DNA from: Eledone cirrhosa
Taxonomy: Eukaryota
Length of the DNA: 64,000 nucleotides
NCBI GenBank assembly: GCA_964016885.1
Contig: OZ024764.1
Span: 27,590,001-27,654,000 of the forward strand
Reading direction: 5' to 3'
The notes under the pieces were generated by a model. That model saw nothing but the letters and a program-made list of their open reading frames with translations, did not search any database and had not been told where the DNA came from. The position numbers and the translations under genes were made by a program. Numbering within the stretch: the first letter of the stretch is position 1; each line of letters begins with the position of its first letter. This document shows, one piece after another, positions 35,801 through 49,054 of the stretch.

Positions 35801-38800
35801 GTTCATCTCTCTCAGAATTATTAGCCACAGGGGCAGAGATGTCCATAACATTACATGTCAGAATTATTAGCCACAGGGCAGAGATGTCCATAACATTACA
35901 TGTCAGAATTATTAGCCACTGGGGCAGAGATGTCCATAACATTACATGTCAGAATTATTAGCCACAGGGGTAGAGATGTCCATAACATTACATGTCAGAA
36001 TTATTAGCCACAGGGGCAGAGATGTCCATAACATTACATGACAGAATTATTAGCCACAGGGGCAGTGATGTCCATAACATTACATGACAATTATTAGCCC
36101 CAAGGGCAGATATGTCCATAACATTACATGACAGAGTTCCATCTCGCGCTCTCTCTCTTCCTCTCTCTCGTTTCATCTCGCTCTCTCTCTCTCTCGTTTC
36201 ATCTCGCTCTCTCGTTTCATCTCGCTCTCTCGTTTCATCTCGCTCTCTCTCGTTTCATCTCTGTCTTCCTCTCTCTCGTTCCATCTCTCTCTTCCTCTCT
36301 CTCGTTCCATCTCTCTCTTCCTCTCTCTCGTTTCATTTCTATCTCCCTCCTTTCATCTGTCTCTCTCTCTGTCGTTTCATCTCGCGCTCTCTCTCGATTC
36401 ATCTCGCGCTCTCTCTCTCTCGTTTCATCTCGCTCTCTCTCTCGTTTCATCTCTGTCTTCCTCTCTCGCGTTCCATCTCTCTCTTCCTCCCTCTCTTCCT
36501 CTCTCTCGTTTCATCTCTATCTCCCTCGTTTCATCTCTCTCTCCCTCTCGTTTCATCTCGCTCTCTCTCTCCTGTTTCATCTCGCTCTCTACTCTCGTTT
36601 CCTCTCTCTCGTTTCCTCTCTGTCTCGTTCCATCCCGCTCTCTCTCTCTCTCATTACATCTCGCTCTCTCTGTCTCGTTTCATCTCGCTCTCTCTCTCTC
36701 TCGTTTCATCTCGCTCTCACTCTCTCGTTTCATCTCGCGTTTCATCTCACTCTCCCTGTCTCATTTCACCTCGCTCTCTCTCTCTCTTCCTCTCTCTCTC
36801 TTGTTTCAACACTCTAATCCCTCACTTGTTTTATCTCTCTCTAATCCCTCACTTGTTTCATCTCTCTCAGAATTATTAGCCACAGGGGCAGAGATGTCCA
36901 TAACATTACATGTCAGAATTATTAGCCACAGGGCAGAGATGTCCATAACATTACATGTCAGAGTTATTAGCCACAGGGGCAGAGATGTCCATAACATTAC
37001 ATGTCAGAATTATTAGCCACGGGGGCGGAGACGTCCATAACATTACATGACAGAATTATTAGCCACAGGGGCAGAGATGACCATAACATTACATGACAAT
37101 TATTAGCCACAGGGGCAGATATATCAATAACATTACATGATAGAGTTTCATCTCGCGCTCTCTCTCTCTCGTTTCATCTTGCTCTCTCTCTCTCTCGTTT
37201 CATCTCTGTCTTCCTCTCTCTCGTTCCATCTCTCTCTTCCTCTCTCTCGTTCCATCTCTCTCATCCTCTCTCTCGTTTCATCTCTATCTCCCTCCTTTCA
37301 TCTGTCTCTCTCTGTCGTTTCATCTCGTGCTCTCTCTCTCTCGTTTCATCTCGCGCTCTCTCTGTCTCGTTTCATCTCGCTCTCTCTCTCTCTCGTTTCA
37401 TCTCTGTCTTCCTCTCTCACGTTCCATCTCTCTCTTCCTCTCTCTCGTTCCATCTCTCTCTTCCTCTCTCTCGTTTCATCTCTATCTCCCTCGTTTCATC
37501 TCTCTCTCGCTCTCTCGTTTCATCTCTCTCTCCCTCTCGTTTCATCTCGCTCTCTACTCTCGTTTCCTCTCTCTCGTTTCCTCTCTGTCTCGTTCCATCC
37601 CGCTCTCTCTCTCTCACATTACATCTCGCTCTCTCTGTCTCGTTTCATCTCGCTCTCTCTCTCTCTCGTTTCATCTCGCTCTCACTCTCTCGTTTCATCT
37701 CGCTTCTCTCACTATTGCGTTTCATCTCGCTCTCCCTGTCTCATTTCATCTCGCTCTCTCTCTCTCTTCCTCTCTCTCTCTTGTTTCAACACTCTAATCC
37801 CTCACTTGTTTTATCTCTCTCTAATCCCTCCCTTGTTTCATCTCTCTCAGAATTATTAGCCACTGGGGCAGAGATGTCCATAACATTACATGACAGAGTT
37901 TCATCTCGCGCTCTCTCTCTCTCGTTTCATCTCGCGCTCTCTCTCTTCCTCTCTCTCGTTTCATCTCGCTCTCTCTCTCTCTCGTTTCACCTCTGTCTTT
38001 CATCTCTCTCTTCCTCTCTCTCGTTCCATCTCTCTCTTCCTCTCTCTCGTTTCATCTCTATCTCCGTCCTTTCATCTGTCTCTCTCTCTGTCGTTTCATC
38101 TCGCGCTCTCTCTCTCTCGTTTCATCTCGCGCTCTCTCTCTCTCGTTTCATCTCGCTCTCTCTCTCTCTCGTTACATCTCTGTCTTCCTCTCTCTCGTTC
38201 CATCTCTCTCTTCCTCTCTCTCTTCCTCTCTCTCGTTTCATCTCTATCTCCCTCGTTTCATCTCTCTCTCCCTCTCGTTTCATCTCGCTCTCTCTCTCCT
38301 GTTTCATCTCGCTCTCTACTCTCGTTTCCTCTCTCTCGTTTCCTCTCTCTCGTTTCCTCTCTGTCTCGTTCCATCCCGCTCTCTCTCTCTCTCATTACAT
38401 CTCGCTCTCTCTGTCTCGTTTCATCTCGCTCTCTCTCTCTCTCGTTTCATCTCGCTCTCACTCTCTCGTTTCATCTCGCGTTTCATCTCACTCTCCCTGT
38501 CTCATTTCATCTCGCTCTCTCTCTCTCTTCCTCTCTCTCTCTTGTTTCAACACTCTAATCCCTCACTTGTTTTATCTCTCTCTAATCCCTCACTTGTTTC
38601 ATCTCTCTCAGAATTATTAGCCACAGGGGCAGAGATGTCCATAACATTACATGTCAGAATTATTAGCCACAGGGCAGAGATGTCCATAACATTACATGTC
38701 AGAATTATTAGCCACAGGGGCAGAGATGTCCATAACATTACATGTCAGAATTATTAGCCACAGGGGCGGAGACGTCCATAACATTACATGACAGAATTAT

Positions 38801-41800
38801 TAGCCACAGGGGCAGAGATGACCATAACATTACATGACAATTATTAGCCACAGGGGCAGATATATCAATAACATTACATGATAGAGTTTCATCTCGCGCT
38901 CTCTCTCTCTCGTTTCATCTTGCGCTCTCTCTCTCTCGTTTCATCTTGCTCTCTCTCTCTCTCGTTTCATCTCTGTATTCCTCTCTCTCGTTCCATCTCT
39001 CTATTCCTCTCTCTCGTTCCATCTCTCTCATCCTCTCTCTCGTTTTATCTGTATCTCCCTCCTTCAATCTGTCTCTCTCTCTGTCGTTTCATCTCGTGCT
39101 CTCTCTGTCTCGTTTCATCTCGCGCTCTCTCTGTCTCGTTTCATCTCGCTCTCTCTCTCTCTCTCGTTTCATCTCTGTCTTCCTCTCTCTCGTTCCATCT
39201 CTCTCTTCCTCTTTCTCGTTCCATCTCTCTCTTCCTCTCTCTCGTTTCATCTCTATCTCCCTCGTTTCATCTCTCTCTCGCTCTCTCGTTTCATCTCTCT
39301 CTCCCTCTCGTTTCATCTCGCTCTCTACTCTCGTTTCCTCTCTCTCGTTTCCTCTCTGTCTCGTTCCATCCCGCTCTCTCTCTCTCTCATTACATCTCGC
39401 TCTCTCTGTCTCGTTTCATCTCGCTCTCTCTCGCTCTCGTTTCATCTCGCTCTCACTCTCTCGTTTCATCTCGCTTCTCTCACTATTGCGTTTCATCTCG
39501 CTCTCCCTGTCTCATTTCATCTCGCTCTCTCTCTCTCTTCCTCTCTCTTGTTTCAACACCCTAATCCCTCACTTGTTTTATCTCTCTCTAATCCCTCACT
39601 TATTTCATCTCTCTCAGAATTATTAGCCACAGGGGCAGAGATGTCCATAACATTACATGTCAGAGTTATTAGCCACAGGGGCAGAGATGTCCATAACGTT
39701 ACATGACAATTATTAGCCCCAAGGGCAGATATGTCCATAACATTACATGACAGAGTTTCATCTCGCGCTCTCTCTCTCTCGTTTCATCTCGCGCTCTCTC
39801 TCTTCCTCTCTCTCGTTTCATCTCGCTCTCTCTCTCTCTCGTTTCACCTCTGTCTTCCATCTCTCTCTTCCTCTCTCTCGTTCCATCTCACTCTTCCTCT
39901 CTCTCATTTCATCTCTCTCTCTCGTTTCATCTCTATCTCTCTCTCTCGTTTCATCAGTCTCTCTCTCTGTCGTTTCATCTCCCTCTATCTCTCTCTCCCT
40001 CTCGTTTCATCTCGCTCTCTCTCTCCTGTTTCATCTCGCTCTCTCTCTCTCTCCTGTTTCATCTCGCTCTCTACTCTCGTTTCCTCTCTCTCTCCCTCCT
40101 GTTTCATCTCGCTCTCTCTCTCTCGTTTCATCTCGCTCTCACTCTCTCGTTTCATCTCGCTCTCTCTCTGTCTCGTTTCATCTCGCTCTCTCTCTCTCAT
40201 TTCATCTCGCTCTCTCTCTCTCATTTCATCTCGCTCTCTCTCTCTCGTTTCATCTCGCTCTCACTCTCTCGTTTCATCTCGCTCTCACTCTCTCGTTTCA
40301 TCTCGCTCTCCCTGTCTCGTTTCATCTCGCTCACACTCTCTCATTTCATCTCGCTCTCTCTCTCTTCTTTCAACACTCTAATCCCTCACTTGTTTCATCT
40401 CTCTCAGAATTATTAGCCACAGGGGCAGAGATGACCATAACATTACATGTCAGAATTATTAGCCACAGGGGCAGAGATGTCCATAACATTACATGTCAGA
40501 ATCATTAGCCACAGGGGCAGAGATGTCCATAACATTACATGACAGAATTATTAGCCACAGGGGCAGAGATGACCATAACATTACATGACAATTATTAGCC
40601 ACAGGGGCAGATATGTCAATAACATTACATGACAAAGTTTCATCTCGCGCTCTCTCTCTCTCTCGTTTCATCTTGCGCTCTCTCTCTCTCGTTTCCTCTC
40701 GCTCTCTCTCTCTCTCGTTTCATCTCTGTCTTCCTCTCTCTCGTTCCATCTCTCTCTTCCTCTCTCTCGTTCCATCTCTCTCTTCCTCTCTCTCGTTTCA
40801 TCTGTCTCTCTCTCTGTCGTTTCATCTCGCGCTCTCTCTCTCTCGTTTCATCTCGCGCTCTCTCTCTCTCATTTCATCTCGCTCTCTCTCTCTCTCGTTT
40901 CATCTCTGTCTTCCTCTCTCTCTTCCTCTCTCTCGTTCCATCTCTCTCTTCCTCTCTCTCGTTTCATCTCTATCTCCCTCGTTTCATCTCTCTCTCGCTC
41001 TCTCGTTTCATCTCTCTCTCCCTCTCGTCTCATCTCGCTCTCTCTCTTCTGTTTCATCTCGCTCTCTACTCTCGTCTCCTCTCTGTCGTTTCCTCTCTGT
41101 CTCGTTTCATCTCGCTCTCCCTGTCTCATTTCATCTCGCTCTCTCTCTCTCTCTTCCTCTCTGTCTCTTGTTTCAACACTCTAATCCCTCACTTGTTTTA
41201 TCTCTCTCTAATCCCTCACTTGTTTCATCTCTCTCAGAATTATTAGCCACAGGGGCAGAGATGTCCATAACATTACATGTCAGAGTTATTAGCCACAGGG
41301 GCAGAGATGTCCATAACGTTACATGACAATTATTAGCCCCAAGGGCAGATATGTCCATAACATTACATGACAGAGTTTCATCTCGCGCTCTCTCTCTCTC
41401 GTTTCATCTCGCGCTCTCTCTCTTCCTCTCTCTCGTTTCATCTCGCTCTCTCTCTCTCTCGTTTCACCTCTGTCTTCCATCTCTCTCTTCCTCTCTCTCG
41501 TTCCATCTCACTCTTCCTCTCTCTCATTTCATCTCTCTCTCTCGTTTCATCTCTATCTCTCTCTCTCGTTTCATCTGTCTCTCTCTCTGTCGTTTCATCT
41601 CCCTCTATCTCTCTCTCCCTCTCGTTTCATCTCGCTCTCTCTCTCCTGTTTCATCTCGCTCTCTCTCTCTCCTGTTTCATCTCGCTCTCTCTCTCTCCTG
41701 TTTCATCTCGCTCTCTACTCTCGTTTCCTCTCTCTCTCCCTCCTGTTTCATCTCGCTCTCTCTCTCTCGTTTCATCTCGCTCTCACTCTCTCGTTTCATC

Positions 41801-44800
41801 TCGCTCTCTCTCTGTCTCGTTTCATCTCGCTCTCTCTCTCTCATTTCATCTCGCTCTCTCTCTCTCATTTCATCTCGCTCTCTCTCTCTCGTTTCATCTC
41901 GCTCTCACTCTCTCGTTTCATCTCGCTCTCACTCTCTCGTTTCATCTCGCTCTCCCTGTCTCGTTTCATCTCGCTCACACTCTCTCATTTCATCTCGCTC
42001 TCTCTATCTTCTTTCAACACTCTAATCCCTCACTTGTTTCATCTCTCTCAGAATTATTAGCCACAGGGGCAGAGATGACCATAACATTACATGTCAGAAT
42101 TATTAGCCACAGGGGCAGAGATGTCCATAACATTACATGTCAGAATCATTAGCCACAGGGGCAGAGATGTCCATAACATTACATGACAGAATTATTAGCC
42201 ACAGGGGCAGAGATGACCATAACATTACATGACAATTATTAGCCACAGGGGCAGATATGTCAATAACATTACATGACAGAGTTTCATCTCGCGCTCTCTC
42301 TCTCTCTCTCGTTTCATCTTGCGCTCTCTCTCTCTCGTTTCCTCTCGCTCTCTCTCTCTCTCGTTTCATCTCTGTCTTCCTCTCTCTCGTTCCATCTCTC
42401 TCTTCCTCTCTCTCGTTCCATCTCTCTCTTCCTCTCTCTCGTTTCATCTGTCTCTCTCTCTGTCGTTTCATCTCGCGCTCTCTCTCTCTCGTTTCATCTC
42501 GCGCTCTCTCTCTCTCATTTCATCTCGCTCTCTCTCTCTCTCGTTTCATCTCTGTCTTCCTCTCTCTCTTCCTCTCTCTCGTTCCATCTCTCTCTTCCTC
42601 TCTCTCGTTTCATCTCTATCTCCCTCGTTTCATCTCTCTCTCGCTCTCTCGTTTCATCTCTCTCTCCCTCTCGTTTCATCTCGCTCTCTCTCTTCTGTTT
42701 CATCTCGCTCTCTACTCTCGTCTCCTCTCTGTCGTTTCCTCTCTGTCTCGTTTCATCTCGCTCTCCCTGTCTCATTTCATCTCGCTCTCTCTCTCTCTCT
42801 TCCTCTCTGTCTCTTGTTTCAACACTCTAATCCCTCACTTGTTTTATCTCTCTCTAATCCCTCACTTGTTTCATCTCTCTTAGAATTATTAGCCACAGGG
42901 GCAGAGATGTCCATAACATTACATGTCAGAATTATTAGCCACAGGGCAGAGATGTCCATAACATTACATGTCAGAATTATTAGCCACAGGGGCAGAGATG
43001 TCCATAACATTACATGACAGAGTTTCATCTCGCTCTCTCTCTCTCTCGTTTCATCAGTGTCTTCCTCTCTCTCGTTCCATCTCTCTCTTGCTCTCTCTCG
43101 TTCCATCTCTATCTTCATCTCTCTCGTTTCATCTCTATCTCCCTCCTTTCATCTGTCTCTCTCTCTGTCGTTTCATCTCGCGCTCTCTCTCTCTCGTTTC
43201 ATCTCGCGCTCTCTCTCTCTTTCTCTCTCTCGTTTCATCTCTATCTCCCTCGTTTCATCTGTCTCTCGCTCTCTCGTTTCATCTCTCTCTCCCTCTCGTT
43301 TCATCTCGCTCTCTACTCTCGTTTCCTCTCTCTCGCGTTCCATCCCGCTCTCTCTCTCTCTGTCTCGTTTCATCTCGCTCTCTCTCTCTCTCGTTTCATC
43401 TCGCTCTCACTCTCTCGTTTCATCTCGCTTCTCTCACTCTCGTGTTTCATCTCGCTCTCCCTGTCTCATTTCATCTCGCTCTCTCTCTCTCTTCCTCTCT
43501 CTCTCTTGTTTCAACACTCTAATCCCTCACTTGTTTTATCTCTCTCTAATCCCTCACTTGTTTCATCTCTCTCAGAATTATTAGCCACAGGGTCAGAGAT
43601 GTCCATAACATTACATGTCAGAATTATTAGCCACAGGGCAGAGATGTCCATAACATTACATGTCAGAATTATTAGCCACAGGGGCAGAGATGTCCATAAC
43701 ATTACATGACAGAATTATTAGCCACAGGGGCAGAGATGTCCATAACATTACATGTCAGAATTATTAGACACAGGGCAGAGATGTCCATAACATTACATGT
43801 CAGAATTATTAGCCACAGGGGCAGAGATGTCCATAACATTACATGTCAGAATTATTAGCCACAGGGGCCGAGATATCCATAACATTACATGAAAGAATTA
43901 TTAGCCACAGGGGCAGAGATGTCCATAACATTACATGACAGAATTATTAGCCACAGGGGCAGAGATGTCCATAACATTACATGACAATTATTAGCCCCAA
44001 GGGCAGATATGTCCATAACATTACATGACAGAGTTTCATCTGGCGCTCTCTCTCTTCCTCTCTCTCGTTTCATCTCTGTCTTCCTCTCTCTCGTTCCATC
44101 TCTCTCTTCCTCTCGCTCGTTCCATCTCTCTCTTCCTCTCTCTCGTTTCATCTCTATCTCCCTCCTTTCATCTGTCTCTCTCTCTGTCGTTTCATCTCGC
44201 GCTCTCTCTCTCTCGTTTCATCTCGCGCTCTCTCTCTCTCGTTTCATCTCTCTCTCTCTCTCGTTTCATCTCTGTCTTCCTCTCTCTCGTTCCATCTCTC
44301 TCTTCCTCTCTCTCGTTTCATCTCTATCTCCCTCGTTTCATCTCTCTCTCCCTCTCGTTTCATCTCGCTCTCTCTCTCCTGTTTCATCTCGCTCTCTACT
44401 CTCGTTTCCTCACTCTCGTTTCCTCTCTCTCTCGTTTCCTCTCTGTCTCGTTCCATCCCGCTCTCTCTCTCTCTCATTACATCTCGCTCTCTCTGTCTCG
44501 TTTCATCTCGCTCTCTCTCTCTCTCGTTTCATCTCGCTCTCACTCTCTCGTTTCATCTCGCTTCTCTCACTCTCGCGTTTCATCTCGCTCTCCCTGTCTC
44601 ATTTCATCTCGCTCTCTCTCTCTCTTCCTCTCTCTCTCTTGTTTCAACACTCTAATCCCTCACTTGTTTTATCTCTCTCTAATCCCCCACGTGTTTCATC
44701 TCTCTCAGAATTATTAGCCACAGGGGCAGAGATGTCCATAACATTACATGTCAGAATTATTAGCCACAGGGCAGAGATGTTCATAACATTACATGTCAGA

Positions 44801-44945
44801 ATTATTAACCACAGGGGCAGAGATGTCCATAACATAACATGACAGAATTATTAGCCACAGGGGCAGAGATGTCCATAACATTACATGACAGAATTATTAG
44901 CCACAGGGGCAGATATGTCCATAACATTACATGACAGAGTTTCAT
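26801..44945 (-). repeat. Bipartite satellite, inverted (CT-strand) arm with shorter blocks and a ~6.56-kb higher-order duplication
   Basis: Reverse-complement units (ATTATTAGCCACAGGGGCAGAGATGTCCATAACATTACATG; GTTTCATCTCGCTCTCTC). Identical or near-identical spurious ORFs recur at ~6560-bp offsets. Confidence 0.95.
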
Positions 44946-44986
44946 CTGGTTGGAGTAATAACAGTCTTGTTTATGTATATACACAC

Positions 44987-45018
<32 letters not shown>

Positions 45019-45606
45019 GTTTGTTCTTGTATTTCTATAGAAAAGGTAAAGAAAAGAAGAATGCTCTATGTATTGTACAGAGCTATTTAATTACATAATA
45101 AACAACAGAATATAATTATTCCATGCAAATAGACTTAGAATGGAAAACATTCAGACAGAGAAGAATGGATAATGAGCGTCGTAAGAGAAATTGGCCAACA
45201 ATTAATATTAATGGAAATCTAGAAGAATTTCATATTAGTGATATGAATGTTTCGTGTGATCACTGTGAAGCTTTGAAATTTAGAAATGAAAATTGTAACT
45301 GTTGTAATAAAGGAAAGGTTGTGTTGCCTCCATTGCAAATATACCCCGAGAGACTGAGAAATCTCTTTGAAAGAGGCCAGGAAGCAGTTGATTTCACAGA
45401 AACGTCTGCAATTAAAACTACATTTATTTCACTTCATTTGGTGTTACCACCCGGCAGAGGCCCGTATAGCTTTCATATTCAGGGTCAAACATATCACTAC
45501 ACCCCCATCTCTGTAACCTGCAGAAAATACACCACAATATGGCCAGTTATATATTATTGATGGGAACGAAGGTGTGTAGCACAGATTGGAAGTACGACCA
45601 AATAAT

Positions 45607-45775
45607 TGTTTCTGGCACAAGGCCAGCAATTACTGGTACTTTATTCTATCGACCTCATAAGGATGAAAACAAAGTCAACCTTGGAGGGATTTGAACCCAG
45701 AACGTAAAGGGCCATAACCCTATGCTGCAAAGCATGGTGTCTGACGCTCTACCGATACTGCCAATCCACCGCCCT
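45607..45775 (-). mobile_element. SINE in RepHel with 16-bp TSD
   Basis: AGTACGACCAAATAAT (45591) and AGTACCAACAAATAAT (45776); removal restores RepHel-like text (..RLEVRPNNECSPQKM..). Confidence 0.8.
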
Positions 45776-47491
45776 AGTACCAACAAATAATGAGTGCTCA
45801 CCACAAAAAATGGCTATGATAAGAGAGGTGTTGCGTGATGTAATCCATATGTCGAAGTGTACAATACAATGCATGGCATCAAACAGCAAAGTGCAAGAAG
45901 AGAAAATTGTTGTGTACAGAACTGTAAATTAAGATTTAGAAGAGGATCAGATATGAGCTGCTATAATTTACCAACTAGTAATGATAGCTGTTGTTTTGTG
46001 GGGGATTGAGGGCAGACCACCTGTACAAAGAGATATTATCATCTTTCCTAAAGACCATCCTCCTCAGAATATATCACATAATTCATGCCACTTGGACCTC
46101 ATGACCAACCCATAATGGTGAATTTTGGTGGCATAGTGACATGGAGAGGAATGCAGGACCTGTGTTTGCAATAGACTGACAATGCAGGAGTATTACATAT
46201 ACAGTATAGCATATAGAGGAGGATTTAGTGCGATATATAGGGCAGGTAAATTATTTTAGCAGTATTTAGTGGAAGCCTATATGAAAGTAGGGGGATGCAG
46301 GCTTCAATATTTGAGGAACAATCAAGCCCAATTGTGAGTGGATGAGTATAATGGTTTAATGAATTATCTAAACAGATGATAACACTGAGCCTTAAGAAAT
46401 GAAGACAAGATAAGAAACAGAGAAGACATTGACAGAATCGTGTCAGCAGAAATACCTGCATTGGAAGATGATCAAGTACTACATGAGCAGGTTTAAAAGT
46501 TTATGATACACGGGCCATGTGGTTCTGGAAACCCTTTTCCCCCATTTATACAAAATGGATTTTTCCAAAAGAACTATCCAAAAACCTACAGAAGGGAAAC
46601 ATTATTGAACCTAAATGGATACCCAGAGTACAGGAGGTGCAAGACAGGAACTGCAGTGTAAATTGGATGACATTCAGTAGATAACAGGAATGTTGTGCCA
46701 TTTAATGCCTTTTTGCTTAAGAAATATTGTGCATATATTAATGTTGAAGTTTGCGCTTCTGTAAAAAGTGTCAAGTACCTCTTTAAATATGTTACATGGG
46801 GCATGATTGTACATCTATAGAAGTAACGAATAATGCATTACCTAATGAGGCTCAGAACCAACACAACCATGATGAAATAAGAACCTATCTTTGTTGCAGG
46901 TATGTGTCTCAGCCAGAAGCAGTGTCGTGTCTGTCCGAATTTAAGCTTCATGGTACATCACATACATTATACAGCCTAGCCACACACCTGGAGAACAAAC
47001 AGAGTTTACTTTCAAAGAGGCAATGCTCAGGTTGTGGTAGAAATGCAGGGACCCTTGCTGCCTGGTTCAAGCTAAATGAACTTGCTTACACCTTCTGGGA
47101 TGCCGCCTCACAAACTCCAATTAAAAGCAGGATCAATAATAATGCTTCTATGGAATATTTCAATCCAGAACAGATTATGTAATGGCACAAGATTAGAAGT
47201 AGTAGAACTGCATAAACATTTTATCAAAGCTTCTCATATCTATGGTCCTTTGATGGGCAGGTGTGTTTTGATCCCAAGACTGAAGTTAGCCCCCAGTGGT
47301 GCCAACATCCTTTTTACTTCGGAAAGACCCCAGTTTCCATTAAGACTGTCATATGCCATGACAATCAACAAGAACCATGGTCAAATACATGATAAAGTGG
47401 GTCTGTTCCTCCCTGAGCAAGTATTTAACCCTGGACAATTGTATGTTGCTTTTTCAAGAGTTCACAGACAGATGTAAAAATTAATCCTAGC

Positions 47492-47917
47492 AAACCCCCA
47501 CCACTCCTACAACTGTTAGCTGTTAGCCCACCCCCAGCATCACCCAACCTCCGTTCTAGTCCCACCGTTAGAACCAATGCTGCTTACCCTGCCTCTTTTA
47601 CTAGTTCACTCCGTCGCTCGAATTTCAAAGCTGGCCCTCTACACTTGGTCGTTGCCAGCTCACCACCTGGTTGTGCTCTCTGTGTCCGCACTAGCCGGTA
47701 CCTAAACACAATAAAATGTCACCTGTGCTACCAAAACTACCACAGGAACTCTGTCGGCATCAGCAAGGCTCAAGCCGAAAGGCTTCAATACTAGACCTGT
47801 AATCAGGGCCACTTTACCTCCGACGACCAGCTTTCTACCGAGTGTGTGTTGATGGAGGGGACATGAGACCAGCAAAGTCCTAGGAGTAGAGACTAGTAAA
47901 TAATAAACGGTCCTAGC
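47492..47917 (+). mobile_element. Paralogous PHD-finger insertion
   Basis: Same sequence and TCCTAGC flanks as 2284-2709. Confidence 0.6.
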
Positions 47918-48049
47918 TATGTTAAGAATATATATAATAAAAATGTTCTATACATTTAAGAAGACAAGAGAAATAAATATTTACCTCTTTCATGTAGGTA
48001 ATATAGCGGTGTTATAAAAGTATAATAACTGATGCGGGTAGTTTGTTTC

Positions 48050-48692
48050 AAACTATAACACATATAACTCTATCAGTGAAGCCCTTTAGTATAGGTCAAC
48101 TGGGAAACTATAACACATATAACCCTATCAGTGAAGTCCTTTAGTATAGGTCAACTGGGAAACTATAACACATATAACCCTATCAGTGAAGTCCTTTAGT
48201 ATAGGTCAACTGGGAAACTATAACACATATAACCCTATCAGTGAAGTCCTTTAGTATAGGTCAACTGGGAAACTATAACACATATAACCCTATCAGTGAA
48301 GTCCTTTAGTATAGGTCAACTGGGAAACTATAACACATATAACCCTATCAGTGAAGCCCTCTGGGAAACTATAACACATATAACTCTATCAGTGAAGCCC
48401 TTTAGTATAGGTCAACTGGGAAACTATAACACATATAACCCTATCAGTGAAGTCCTTTAGTATAGGTCAACTGGGAAACTATAACACATATAACCCTATC
48501 AGTGAAGTCCTTTAGTATAGGTCAACTGGGAAATTATAACACATATAACCCTATCAGTGAAGTCCTTTAGTATAGGTCAACTGGGAAACTATAACACATA
48601 TAACCCTATCAGTGAAGTCCTTTAGTATAGGTCAACTGGGAAACTATAACACATATAACCCTATCAGTGAAGTCCTTTAGTATAGGTCAACT
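48050..48692. repeat. 55-bp minisatellite (~11.5 copies)
   Basis: Same unit as 2843-3098, expanded. Confidence 0.95.
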
Positions 48693-48838
48693 AACAGAAG
48701 TATTACGGGTATGGAAAAAATTCTAAATAAGCCTACAACAGTCATTGCGGGCCACTCTGACTGGTCAGGTGGGCTCGATTGTGGCCCGCGGGCCGCCTGT
48801 TGTACGCCCCTCCTTTAGACAGAATATCTATCACTGTT

Positions 48839-49054
48839 AAGTAATAATGTGATCTGTCGGCCAACTACATTTTCCAGCCTGTGGCGTTTGGGGGAGTCGG
48901 GATACTGACTGCGAGATTCCTATCTTCACTGGCGGCTAGCCTGACGAAGGTGACTGGTGAAGCTCGTGAGGGCACTTGGTTGTTCCAGCTCCTCAGCCTC
49001 GCCATCGCCCGAGGTAACGCTGCAGACGTGCTGGCTTGCCTAAAAAATCATTAG
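48839..49054 (+). pseudogene. CRE-like ORF C-terminal fragment (paralog of 3246-3461)
   Basis: Same ..SLAIARGNAADVLAC sequence. Confidence 0.7.

Larger units (their letters stand above)
45123..47959 (+). pseudogene. Longest Helitron RepHel pseudogene copy (Zn-finger, partial Rep, Pif1 helicase C-terminus)
   Basis: N-terminal CxxC..CC zinc motif, GPYSFHIQGQTYH, NPYV, MIHGPCG, KYLFKYV, GMPPHKLQLKAGSIIMLL..LCNGTRL..QFPLRLSYAMTINK..GQLYVAFSRV; many stops and frameshifts. Confidence 0.9.

Noticed and set aside
13522-44842. Dozens of long ORFs (up to ~550-600 aa) rich in S/L/F/H or R/E/D
   Set aside because: They are stop-free translations of (CT)n/(GA)n satellite in multiple overlapping frames, with no domain content
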